Assembly (NCBI GenBank): GCA_031411295.1
Contig: JANOAV010000051.1
Coordinates: 44,974 to 108,973, forward strand
DNA: 64,000 nucleotides
From: Verrucomicrobiales bacterium
GTDB taxonomy: Bacteria > Verrucomicrobiota > Verrucomicrobiia > Verrucomicrobiales > V1-33
Direction of reading: 5' to 3'
The notes under the pieces were generated by a model that worked only from the letters and a program-made list of their open reading frames with translations, made no database searches and was not told the DNA's origin. A program made the position numbers and the translations under genes. This document shows positions 49,444-59,180 of the stretch, piece after piece (the first letter of the stretch is position 1; every line of letters starts with the position of its first letter).

Positions 49444-52400
49444 ATGAGTGAGGAATTACTGGTGCCCGAGATGACACCACCCCAGATACATGATCCCATG
49501 GCAGTCCATGACGAGGAGGCTCCGTGCCGCCCTTCGTTATGGAAGGTGGTGGTGATTCAGTCGCAGAATGCGCTGAATGACAAGATTGCCCAGTATGTTC
49601 TGCTGGGGCTGGCGCAGGTGATTCCAGCGCTCACCAATTCACAACGCGAGGCGTATGCCCACGTGGGGGCGCTGCTGCTGGCATTGCCCTTGATCTTGTT
49701 CATGCCGCTGGCCGGTTGGTTGGCGGACCGGTATTCGAAACGCTCAATCCTGCTCTGGTGCTCCATTGCCCAATGGGCGGGGATGGCGGCAATTGCCGTG
49801 AGCTTCTATTTTGACTGGTTCTGGGCAGCCACGTTTTGTTTCTTCATTCTCGCCACGCAGGCGACGATCTTTAGTCCGGCCAAAGGTGGAATCATTAAGG
49901 AACTGGTGGGAGAGAAGCAGCTCTCCTGGGCCAACAGCTGGGTGCAGGCCACCGGCTTGGTGGCGATTGTAGCAGGACCATGGCTGGGGGGCGCGTTGTT
50001 TAAATGGGCGGCTCCCTACTTTAAGGATGAACCGCACATGGCAGCGTTCTGGCCCGCCTTCCTGCTGGCGCTGGCGGCTTTGATTCCGGTGCTCTTGGCG
50101 TATCGGGTGCGACGAACCCCTTCGCATTCGCAAGAGCCAGCGCGCTGGGGCTTGCTGTGGGAGCACTTTTTCCATCTGAAAGATTTGCTGCGGGAACGCA
50201 CGCTCCGCCTGACCGCTTGCGGGGTGTCGTTCTTTTGGTTTGCCGCTACCTTGATTGCGTTGCTGCTGGTGCAGGTGGCGCAGGTGATGACGGATGATCG
50301 CTCTGCGCAGGCAGAGTTGAGTGGATTTTTGCTGGTCTGGGTGGGACTGGGCATTGCTGCCGGCAGTGTGATTGTGGGGTTAATTTCGACCAACCGCATT
50401 GAACTGGGGTTGATTCCGCTGGGTGGCTTGGGGATGGCCATGGGGTGTGTTGCGGTGGCGCTGCCGTGGATTGATCTGGGCGGCTGGGTCTTCAATGTTT
50501 TGATGTTCTGGATCGGCATCAGCAGTGCCGTCTTTCTGGTGCCGCTGAATGCTTATTTGCAGGATTTGGTGGAGCCAGCCAAACGCGGTCGGCAACTGGC
50601 GGCCAGCGGGCTGATGGATTCGCTAGGGATGTTCTTCGGGATCATTGTGCAATACGTGCTCCTCAAAGTGGTGGGATTGACGGGGGATGCGGGGGTTCGG
50701 GTGCAGTTTGTGGTCTTCGGCGGGTTGTGCCTGCTCACCGCTGTTTATGTGGTGCGGATCATCCCCCAGAATTTCCTGCGCTTTGTCTGTCTGGCGTTGA
50801 TCAAACTAATCTATCGGGTCCGTGTGGAGCACAGTGACCGCATTCCCAAGACGGGCGGGGCGTTGCTGATCGCGAATCATGTCAGTTACATTGATGCCTT
50901 TATCGTCTCTGCCGCTTGCGAGCGAAAGGTGCGTTTTATTGCTTCCGATCAGTTTCACAAAATGCGCTTCATCGGCCCATTCCTAACGCTATTCGACGTC
51001 GTGCCCGTGAGCCCCACGCGAGCCAAGGACGCGATCGTAAGCGTGGCGGACGCGGTGGCGGCGGGAGACTTGGTCTGCATTTTCCCGGAAGGGCAAATCA
51101 CCCGCACTGGGGTCATGAACGAGATTCGCAAAGGCTTCGAATTAATCGCCCGCCGGGGCCAGGTGCCGGTAGTGCCGGTGTTTCTGGACGATCTCTGGGG
51201 CAGTGTGCTTTCTTTTGAAAGAGGTCGCTTCCTGACGAAATGGCCCAAACGCTATGCCTATCAGGTGAGCGTCAGCTTCGGCAATCCTGAACCACCGGAA
51301 ACGGCCACCGCAGATTGGTCGAGGACGCAATTCCGCGATCTCAGCGCGGAGGCCATGAATTCGCGGGGCGAACTCCGAACTCGCTTGGAAATTGCCACCG
51401 TGCTGGAACTGTGCCGTCAACCCTGGCGCCCGGCGGCCCTGGGCACGAACGATGTCACTCGAGCCATGCTGCTGGCCGAAGCTTGGACTTTGGCACGACG
51501 ATGGGCGGATCGGATCAATTCAGATCGCGTCCTGGTGCTGTGCCAGGGTTACGCCGCCCTAGTGGCAAATCTGGCCCTGCGGTTGGGTGGCTTTACGCCA
51601 GTAAACCTGCCCCCATCGCTGTTGGCGACGCCGGAACAATGGTTGGAAAAATTACCCGGCTTGGGGATTGGGACCATCATCAATGGGGAGCCAAAGGATT
51701 GCCCCGCCGCGCTGGAATGCATCAATATGCAGACTGAAATGGCGGGGCTGGACTCCCTGCGTCTGGCCATGAAAATCGCCTCCATTTACGCCTTCCCCAA
51801 ACGCATGCAAGCCTGGTTCCAGTCGAAAAAGCGCCATCAGGGCTTGCGGCAGGACGAGGCCGTTGGCTGGTTGGAAGCCGGTCCTGAGGGGACTTTGGAT
51901 TATCGCGCCCTGTCGCAAATGGAGGTCTTGATGCAAAGTGAGCAACTGAGCACCATGGACGCGGTGCGGGAGGGCGAGGCCGTGTGGACGGAAGGTGGAT
52001 TCGCCTCCCTCGAAGGCTCCGTCCTCGGCCTCTGGCACACGCTGTTGCAGGGGGGGATCATCATCACCGATCGAGCGCGATTGGCAGAGGGGAAAATTTT
52101 CATCGGGGGAGCATTCCTCGCCTGCGATCTTGCCGAGCAGCGGCCACCCGTGCTGGATCCAGACCTCCCCGCACCCGGGGCACGGGCCCTGTTCTGTTTC
52201 GACGGCACCAGCCACTTGATTCCCCCTGCGGCGGCTCACAGCCTAGCGGAGACTTGGAAACTAGCCGTTTGCCCGTCCCATCTAGACCTGACCACCAGTC
52301 GCATCGTGAGTCTGAGTTTACCCGATAGCCCGCCCCCCACCCGCACCGCCGACCCCCAATCCGGTAACAAACCGGGTTCGGTCGGGCGTCTCCTCCCGGG

Positions 52401-52518
52401 CTACAAGATCGACAAATCCCCTGCGGGACTGTGCTGCATTAGCCCGGACGGCATCAGCATTCCCTTGCCTGCTGGCAAACTGGACCCCGAGGACTTTTTG
52501 ACATTCGACCAAGCATGA
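49444..52518 (+). CDS. Aas-like fusion: LplT-type MFS, PlsC acyltransferase and a degenerate AMP-binding region
   Basis: AGWLADRYSK, RIELGLIPLG, ANHVSYID, IFPEGQITRTG, GSVGRLLPG. Confidence 0.88.
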   Translation: MSEELLVPEMTPPQIHDPMAVHDEEAPCRPSLWKVVVIQSQNALNDKIAQYVLLGLAQVIPALTNSQREAYAHVGALLLALPLILFMPLAGWLADRYSKRSILLWCSIAQWAGMAAIAVSFYFDWFWAATFCFFILATQATIFSPAKGGIIKELVGEKQLSWANSWVQATGLVAIVAGPWLGGALFKWAAPYFKDEPHMAAFWPAFLLALAALIPVLLAYRVRRTPSHSQEPARWGLLWEHFFHLKDLLRERTLRLTACGVSFFWFAATLIALLLVQVAQVMTDDRSAQAELSGFLLVWVGLGIAAGSVIVGLISTNRIELGLIPLGGLGMAMGCVAVALPWIDLGGWVFNVLMFWIGISSAVFLVPLNAYLQDLVEPAKRGRQLAASGLMDSLGMFFGIIVQYVLLKVVGLTGDAGVRVQFVVFGGLCLLTAVYVVRIIPQNFLRFVCLALIKLIYRVRVEHSDRIPKTGGALLIANHVSYIDAFIVSAACERKVRFIASDQFHKMRFIGPFLTLFDVVPVSPTRAKDAIVSVADAVAAGDLVCIFPEGQITRTGVMNEIRKGFELIARRGQVPVVPVFLDDLWGSVLSFERGRFLTKWPKRYAYQVSVSFGNPEPPETATADWSRTQFRDLSAEAMNSRGELRTRLEIATVLELCRQPWRPAALGTNDVTRAMLLAEAWTLARRWADRINSDRVLVLCQGYAALVANLALRLGGFTPVNLPPSLLATPEQWLEKLPGLGIGTIINGEPKDCPAALECINMQTEMAGLDSLRLAMKIASIYAFPKRMQAWFQSKKRHQGLRQDEAVGWLEAGPEGTLDYRALSQMEVLMQSEQLSTMDAVREGEAVWTEGGFASLEGSVLGLWHTLLQGGIIITDRARLAEGKIFIGGAFLACDLAEQRPPVLDPDLPAPGARALFCFDGTSHLIPPAAAHSLAETWKLAVCPSHLDLTTSRIVSLSLPDSPPPTRTADPQSGNKPGSVGRLLPGYKIDKSPAGLCCISPDGISIPLPAGKLDPEDFLTFDQA

Positions 52519-52634
52519 CATCGCTGCGAGGTCACCAAAAACATCTCGTTTACTGAATTATTATAATTTCCATACTTTTAGGTGGTAATTATATTTTCTT
52601 GATGTATCGTGGATTTTGTAAATCCCATATTCTC

Positions 52635-54188
52635 GTGAAGCCCTCTAAAATCCTTCCATTGTTAAGTATCGCAACAGCGCTGACCGGCTCAGTGCATGCC
52701 GCAGACCGTTACGTCAGCGTCAATGGCATCGGCAGCGGGGCCGGCACGATGGCCGCCCCATGGAGTGCAGGTTATGCCATCTCCAAAGCGCAACCGGGCG
52801 ATACGATCTATTTCCGGGGCGGAGTTTATGCCAATCAATGGCTTGCCGAGACCACCGTGAGCGGCAGGGAAGGCGCACCCATTGTGTTCAAAAACTATCC
52901 TGGAGAGAAGCCGATCATTGATGGCACTAACTGCTGGAAAGTGATGCCCAATGACGGGGCGATGCGCGGCCTGATTACCTGGACCAACCGCGCCTACGTG
53001 ACTTTCGACGGATTCGAGATTCGCATGATTGGGACGACCAATACCTCCGACGTAGCTGCCGTGTTGATCCGCGGAACCTCCCACCATATCAAGATTACAA
53101 ATTGCAGCATCCACGATGTGTTCACCACACTGGCAGCACCGAGTGGCCCCCAAGGCACCGCTAACGGCGTGGCCGTGCTCGGCACCTCGGCAACAACCTC
53201 CGTCAACAACATCGAGATCAGCAATTGCGAGATTTACAACCTGAAAACTGGCTGGACTGAGACCATCGCATTCAACGGCAACGTGGAGAATTTCATCATC
53301 CAAAATTGCAAAATTCACGACTCCAACAACATCGGAATCGATTGCATCGGATACGAAGGGGTGGCGTTCAATGGTGGCGAAAAGGATCGGGCTCGCAATG
53401 GCATCATCCGCAACAACGAGATCTACAAAATCGACAGCAGCAAGAATCCGGCCTATGCCGGGGACCGTTCGGCGGCGGGGATTTACGTTGATGGCGGCAG
53501 GGATATCTTGATCGAGCGGAACACCGTTTATAATTGCAATCTCGGGGTGGAATTGGGCAGCGAAACGCCAGGCAAAGTCACCCAAGCCTGCTTGGTGCGG
53601 AATAACCTGCTCTACAAAAACCATGTGGCCGGCATCGCCTTTGGGGGAGATGATACCGCCAACACCGGTGGGGCGACGAACAACGTTATGCGCAACAACA
53701 CCCTGTTCACCAACGATACGACGCCCTCCCGGCTTGGAGAAATCGTCATTCAGTGCCGGGCCGTCAATAACGTGGTGAAACAAAACATCGTTTGCGCCTC
53801 CACCTTGAATCGCTTCATCGGCAACTGGACCCCTACCGGCACCAGCAACAATGAGATCGACTATAACACTTATTATTCGCTGAGCGGGCCCACGTCCGTG
53901 AATGTGTGTCACTGGATGTGGCGCGGCACGTATCGCCAAGGCTTCGGGGCTTGGAAAGTGCTCTCCGGCATGGATGCCCATTCCATCTTTGCAGACCCCA
54001 AATTTACCGCGTTCACCGGCACCCTCAATCTCCATATCGCAGCCACGTCCGGGGCTCGGGACAAGGGCGATCCTGGATTCCTCTGCCCGGCGGGGGAACT
54101 GGATATCGATGGCCAAATCCGGGTTACCGACGGAAAATGCGACTGCGGGGCGGATGAATTTGTGGTGCCCGCAGCGACTGGCAGATGA
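52635..54188 (+). CDS. Secreted right-handed parallel beta-helix protein (start approximate)
   Basis: YVSVNG, PGDTIYFRGGVY, IHDSNNIGID, AGIYVDGG, ends D.GADE. Confidence 0.82.
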   Translation: MKPSKILPLLSIATALTGSVHAADRYVSVNGIGSGAGTMAAPWSAGYAISKAQPGDTIYFRGGVYANQWLAETTVSGREGAPIVFKNYPGEKPIIDGTNCWKVMPNDGAMRGLITWTNRAYVTFDGFEIRMIGTTNTSDVAAVLIRGTSHHIKITNCSIHDVFTTLAAPSGPQGTANGVAVLGTSATTSVNNIEISNCEIYNLKTGWTETIAFNGNVENFIIQNCKIHDSNNIGIDCIGYEGVAFNGGEKDRARNGIIRNNEIYKIDSSKNPAYAGDRSAAGIYVDGGRDILIERNTVYNCNLGVELGSETPGKVTQACLVRNNLLYKNHVAGIAFGGDDTANTGGATNNVMRNNTLFTNDTTPSRLGEIVIQCRAVNNVVKQNIVCASTLNRFIGNWTPTGTSNNEIDYNTYYSLSGPTSVNVCHWMWRGTYRQGFGAWKVLSGMDAHSIFADPKFTAFTGTLNLHIAATSGARDKGDPGFLCPAGELDIDGQIRVTDGKCDCGADEFVVPAATGR

Positions 54189-54204
54189 TCCCTGCCTTCG
54201 CAAA

Positions 54205-54235
54205 ACCCCTTCGTCCGCCATGCAAACGAAGGGGT
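54205..54235. terminator. Hairpin between convergent genes
   Basis: ACCCCTTCGT/ACGAAGGGGT. Confidence 0.65.
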
Positions 54236-54260
54236 GGCTAAAGGTTTAATGATGGATTAT

Positions 54261-54824
54261 TTACTCGGCGATTGCCGCTGCGGTAGCTGCCGGAGTAGGC
54301 GCTGGGGCTGCTGGAGCAGGGGCTGGAACCGGAACTGCTGGAGCTGGAACCGGAGCGGGTTCCGCAGGGGCTTCCGACATGCCGACGGAGGCCATCAATT
54401 CTTTGATCTTCGCCTTGATGGCTTCTCCCTTATCCTCTGGAAGCGAAGCCGCCAGAGTCTTGATTTTTTCAATCATCGGGGCCACCTGGTCCTTAATTTT
54501 CGCCCATTGATCACCACCAGCGGCCTTGGCGTCAGCAATGGCCTTTTCCGCACCTTCGACTAAGCCATTGAGTTCGGCACCACCGAAATCCGCCATCTTG
54601 GCTTTGGCCGCAGCGACCATGTCACCAGCCTTGTCCTTGGCGGATTCGGCGGCGGCTTTGAGACCGTCTGCGGCTTTGCCGGCGGCATCTTTAGATTTAT
54701 CGGCGGCATTTTCAGCCGTCGCCTTGGCCTTTTCGGCGGCGGCGTTGGCGGTTTCTTTGGCCTTGTCACAACTGATGAGGCATGCGGCAAAGGGGATACT
54801 AAGGAAAAGGAATTTGATTTTCAT
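54261..54824 (-). CDS. Ala/Lys-rich lipoprotein
   Basis: LISC lipobox; AAEKAK repeats; PA-rich tail. Confidence 0.8.
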   Translation of the reverse strand: MKIKFLFLSIPFAACLISCDKAKETANAAAEKAKATAENAADKSKDAAGKAADGLKAAAESAKDKAGDMVAAAKAKMADFGGAELNGLVEGAEKAIADAKAAGGDQWAKIKDQVAPMIEKIKTLAASLPEDKGEAIKAKIKELMASVGMSEAPAEPAPVPAPAVPVPAPAPAAPAPTPAATAAAIAE

Positions 54825-54911
54825 AGGGTGCTAGGAAATCACAATCTCTGTTACCAGCCAATTAAAATTTCCGCCCGTTTGTGCGTCCCGCCACCTCGGG
54901 AATGATTGGAT

Positions 54912-55580
54912 CTATACCGCCCGCGTGCGAATCGAAGGTCTCTGCGTGAGCGTGGCCGCCAGCGCAGCACTCAGTTCCTCTAGCATCTGCGGTTGCAGCG
55001 TGGCCTCTGGCACTTGCCGAATCAGCATTTCGCCTAGCAAACGGAAATCAGCTGGAGCCACGCTGGCTTGCGGGGCGAGCTTCGCTGCCGCCATCGTGTT
55101 TACTAACAGAAGTTTGGCATCTGCTAAATTCATGGCCTTCCCCAAGATGCGCAATAATTCCTGACGACAGCGCAGCCAGAGGTCCATCTGGATAGCCGCT
55201 TGCCTGGCTAAGAATGTATTGGCTGGCACCACCACCGAGTCCAGCACCGTCCGATCTGCCAGCACGAAGGTCAAAAACGGAGCTGCGATGTGTTGCGGTT
55301 GCTCGGGACCGCGCGCCATGCTGAGGGTAACTTGGCTTTCCTGCAGCGGCGGAGTCAGCACCAGCACGCAGCCTTCGGGATATTCAAACCAACATTGGGT
55401 CGCCTGACGCCCGGACGCAGCGTAGCCGCTAACTCCCTCGATCACGGCCCGACACAGCAGGTGAAGGTTCTCAGCCCCCCAAGTTTCCGGCATGCCTGAT
55501 TCCACAATTTCAAGCCCCCGGTGAAAGACCCATCCCTTCACGCCGGACGCATTTGCTAAAAATTCCAGTGGTTGGGTCAT
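54912..55580 (-). CDS. Hypothetical protein
   Basis: ATG 55580, 4 nt after the upstream gene's stop. Confidence 0.65.
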   Translation of the reverse strand: MTQPLEFLANASGVKGWVFHRGLEIVESGMPETWGAENLHLLCRAVIEGVSGYAASGRQATQCWFEYPEGCVLVLTPPLQESQVTLSMARGPEQPQHIAAPFLTFVLADRTVLDSVVVPANTFLARQAAIQMDLWLRCRQELLRILGKAMNLADAKLLLVNTMAAAKLAPQASVAPADFRLLGEMLIRQVPEATLQPQMLEELSAALAATLTQRPSIRTRAV

Positions 55581-55584
55581 GGGA

Positions 55585-56328
55585 TTAGGGCGGCAAAGGG
55601 TCGTCAAACTGCAGGACTTGAGCCACCCCGGCTCCTTTCCCACCGAGGATACCGGCAAAACCATGCTCCAGTCTGCCGTAAGCCGCAGCTCGCTGCGGTT
55701 CCGCTACGGCCACGGTTATGGGCGTGGAAAAGCCAATACTCTGGCCGATGGCCTTGGCCACCGTCGTTAGCCACTGGTAGTCGGCGCGAAAATATTCCCA
55801 GTCCTCCGAGTCCACGGCTCCCTGGCAAATCCCCGCAGATTCAGCAAGGCGAATGAAATGATCGTCGCCCCCCACCAACCAAGCCGCTAGACTGGCGGTA
55901 GGCAACGCCACCAAAGCCTCTGGTGCTGCGGTGGCCGACGGAACCTCCGCTGCCCCCAAGGAGTGGACTGCAGGACGCTCCTCACTGGCTGCTGATGGCT
56001 TCAATTTCACCGCCGGACGCTTTGTTGCCAGTGGCATTGAGCGTGGTGAAGTTTCCGCGCCCGCGCCCTCGGAAGCGCTGGCATGACGGCCTGTGAAGTG
56101 GTAGGACCAAGGAAACGTGCTGCTGAGATGTCTCAGGGCCGCCTCTCCCACAAGTTCGCCACACTGGCTACTAACCACTTCACCACGGCTAATGACCAGT
56201 CGGGCGGCTTCGTTGGTGTCGCCATGGATCAACCTGAGTTCACCTGGTTCATCGGCATCATAAATGCGTTCCAACAAGCGCGCGAGCGTGATGGGGGAAG
56301 TGCGGTCGATGATACCAGAGAAGGCCAT
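55585..56328 (-). CDS. DUF4388-like domain protein
   Basis: MAFSG.I...L..LL....PGEL.L....G.VV...G.L.GEAAL pattern. Confidence 0.65.
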   Translation of the reverse strand: MAFSGIIDRTSPITLARLLERIYDADEPGELRLIHGDTNEAARLVISRGEVVSSQCGELVGEAALRHLSSTFPWSYHFTGRHASASEGAGAETSPRSMPLATKRPAVKLKPSAASEERPAVHSLGAAEVPSATAAPEALVALPTASLAAWLVGGDDHFIRLAESAGICQGAVDSEDWEYFRADYQWLTTVAKAIGQSIGFSTPITVAVAEPQRAAAYGRLEHGFAGILGGKGAGVAQVLQFDDPLPP

Positions 56329-56545
56329 GGTGGTGGTCAGGCTAATAATATTGGCGATGGAAGCGGAAAATCTACCTTCTGTAAAGCTGGAAGACTTGCT
56401 GGGGCAACCTTCTCCACTTTCTCCCATCGGAAAGAGCTGCGGATGCACCGCATTTACGGCTGAGGAATTAAACTTTCGGTTGCCCAGAGGCCAAAGTTGC
56501 GTTTCTCGAAAGCGCACCATTTTCACTCCCCCACCCCACTCATCC

Positions 56546-57610
56546 ATGACCTCAGCTGAAGCCGCAACCCGCCTTGACGAACACCTCCGTGCCATGATCT
56601 CCTGGCATTTCAGTGAGGACACAGGCTGCCCATTCTGGCTGGACTGGGCCAAGCAGGCGGGCTGGGATCCGCGCACGGAAATCAAGACCTTCAGCGATAT
56701 CAATCGCTTCCCGCACTTCCAGGACGAATGGCTGCGCGATGAGCAGAACGAGCGCTTCGTGCCCAAGGGGTTCGGCGGTCGGCCGTTCAATATCTTTGAA
56801 ACCGGCGGCACCACTGGTTTGCCCAAGCAACGCGTTGGCTGGGAAGACTATAAGACGGACTACGAAGAGTTTGGCGACAATCTGGACGATAATTTTTTCC
56901 CCCGCGGTGGCAAATGGCTCATGCTGGGGCCGACTGGGCCACGTCGTTTGCGCATGGCGATTGAACACTTGGCGAACTATCGTGGCGGATCCTGCTATTT
57001 CGTCGATCTGGATCCCCGCTGGGTGAAGAAGCTGATCGCGCGCAAGCAATACGATGAAGTGGAGCGCTACATGAAGCACGTGATCGATCAAGGCGCAGAG
57101 ATCATCAAGCATCGTGGCATTTCCTGCCTCTTCACCACCCCACGACTGCTCGAATCCCTGGCGGAGAAAATTTCCCTGCCTGCGCTCGGCATCAAGGGCG
57201 TCTTCTGCGGCGGCACCAGCATGACCCCGCAGATGGTCCGCTTCCTCAGTGAGGAAGTGCTCGAAGGCAAAGCCCAGTTCGTGCCGACATACGGCAACAC
57301 GCTGATGGGCCTGGCCTGCAGCCTGCCGCACAAGCTTAAAGAACAAAACTACAGCGTCACCTATTACGCCCCACAACCCCGGGCCGTGCTGCGCATTGTC
57401 CATGGCGAACGCACCAACGAACTGATGGGCTACGGCCAGTATGGACGCGTGGAACTGACCACGCTGACGAAAGAGTTCTTCATGCCCCGCTTCCTCGAAC
57501 GTGATGAAGCCATCCGTCGTCAACCCACGGAAAAATATCCCTGGGACGGCGTGGGCGACGTGCGGCCATTCGGCATGATGGAGAAAAAGGTAATCGAAGG
57601 CGTTTACTAA
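56546..57610 (+). CDS. Adenylate-forming protein, phenylacetate-CoA-ligase/EhpF-like
   Basis: WHF..TGCPFW, FETGGTTGLPK, PTYGNTLMG, ERD. Confidence 0.75.
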   Translation: MTSAEAATRLDEHLRAMISWHFSEDTGCPFWLDWAKQAGWDPRTEIKTFSDINRFPHFQDEWLRDEQNERFVPKGFGGRPFNIFETGGTTGLPKQRVGWEDYKTDYEEFGDNLDDNFFPRGGKWLMLGPTGPRRLRMAIEHLANYRGGSCYFVDLDPRWVKKLIARKQYDEVERYMKHVIDQGAEIIKHRGISCLFTTPRLLESLAEKISLPALGIKGVFCGGTSMTPQMVRFLSEEVLEGKAQFVPTYGNTLMGLACSLPHKLKEQNYSVTYYAPQPRAVLRIVHGERTNELMGYGQYGRVELTTLTKEFFMPRFLERDEAIRRQPTEKYPWDGVGDVRPFGMMEKKVIEGVY

Positions 57611-57629
57611 CGCGGCTGCTAACCGCACA

Positions 57630-58442
57630 CTAGAGACCGCTTGATGCGTGGCGCACCGCCACCGGATCGTTCGTCGTAATGCCATCGACGCCCAGAGCGG
57701 CCAAGCGACGCGCTTCCGCTGGTTCATCCACCGTCCAGACATAGACCCCCAGTCCAGCCGCGCGAATCTGCTGCACCATGGCCGCATTCCATTCCCAGTC
57801 CGCGCCCAAGTTCAGACCATCCAACTGCGCCTCCTTGGCGGCGGAGATGAGCTCGGCTAGATCCGTCCGTGGGGCCCCCTGCTTTTTGCCGCCGGCCAAA
57901 TAATAGACCTTCACCCAGGGCAGCTTCTCCTTCGTGAGTTTGGCCGCCGCCAGGTTAAAGCTAATGACACACAATTGCCCCGCTCTGGCCTGCATGGGCG
58001 TGAGCACCGCAGACAAGGCCGGGACGATCTCCGGACCGCATTTGATCTCAATGAAGAAACGTTGCCGCCCCACCGGCATCGTGGCCAGCGCTTCCGACAA
58101 GCTGGGGATCTTTTCCCCCCGCCACGCCTGGTCCTTGAAGGAACCCGCATCCAGGGCTTGCAGGGCGGCCAGGGTAGATTCGGCCACCCGCATCGAGGTG
58201 CCCGTGGTGCGCTTGGTGTCCGCATCATGGATCACCACTATCTTGCCATCCTGGGTTAGGTAAATATCGTTTTCACAAGCATCCGCGCCCTGCTCCCAAG
58301 CCAGCTTGAATGCAGCCACGGTATTCTCCGGAGCCTGCGCAGACGACCCCCGATGCGCAATGATCTCCACCCCCTGCGCCCGCACGCCCGGCGGGGAAAT
58401 GGTGGAAAGTGATAGTAAAGCCAGTGCCGTCCAGGATCTCAT
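57630..58442 (-). CDS. Glycerophosphodiester phosphodiesterase
   Basis: IIAHRG, APENT, E.D..LT.DG..V..HD, VWTVD, GVDGITTN. Confidence 0.95.
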   Translation of the reverse strand: MRSWTALALLSLSTISPPGVRAQGVEIIAHRGSSAQAPENTVAAFKLAWEQGADACENDIYLTQDGKIVVIHDADTKRTTGTSMRVAESTLAALQALDAGSFKDQAWRGEKIPSLSEALATMPVGRQRFFIEIKCGPEIVPALSAVLTPMQARAGQLCVISFNLAAAKLTKEKLPWVKVYYLAGGKKQGAPRTDLAELISAAKEAQLDGLNLGADWEWNAAMVQQIRAAGLGVYVWTVDEPAEARRLAALGVDGITTNDPVAVRHASSGL

Positions 58443-58875
58443 GCAGCCAGCATACACTAAGGAAACGCTGTCCGGCAAAACATTTCTGCTGCGTCCATCC
58501 GCCGCGTTTCAATAGACAGGAATACCCGCCGTAGTCCGGGGCTTCAGCCCGTCAAACTCTCCCCGTGAATCAGACTCTGAATCCACCCGGGACATATCTG
58601 CGGGCCTTCGCCAGCATTAGCCCGACAGGATCACGCGCGCCATATCATGCGGTCGGGTTGCAGGCGCCTAAAGGCGCCTAAAGGCAGGACACCAACGGAT
58701 GATCCACTTCATGGCCAAGCTAGTTTCGCCCCCTCTTCTGTTCCAAACCCATTCCCGCTTAGCCAAGAGGATTCCAAGGCAGATTTGAACAGAAGTTAGA
58801 AAGGATTGGAAGAAATACCCCAAGCATTGAAAAAATACCGCCCACCCGCCAATCCGAATCTTCTGCCTTTCCTTC

Positions 58876-58965
58876 CCCTCTTCTGTTCCAAACCCATTCC
58901 TGCTATCACTCAGGTCATGCCTGCCGACCCCCGCATCTTCCTTTCCACCGTCACCAGCGAATACC
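58876..58965 (+). pseudogene. Remnant promoter plus first ~16 codons of an NB-ARC-TPR paralog
   Basis: TCCTGCTATCACTCAGGTC-ATG (MPADPRIFLSTVTSEY) versus 59162-59230 (MPADRRIFLSTVTSEF). Confidence 0.8.
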
Positions 58966-59180
58966 AAGCACAGCGAGGCAAGGATTTTCCCACAGATCCA
59001 GAACCACCGCCGAGAGAATTCAGCAAATCCTTAATAAGCCATCTGTGGTCGTCCTGAATCCGTGGGAAACCCAGCCCCCCATGGCCTTCAGCCAATCGCA
59101 TCGGTAAACGTCAGCCAACGCCGACCAGCATGCGTATGCCATCGCTTGCGAAACATTCCCATCCTGCTATCACTCACGTC

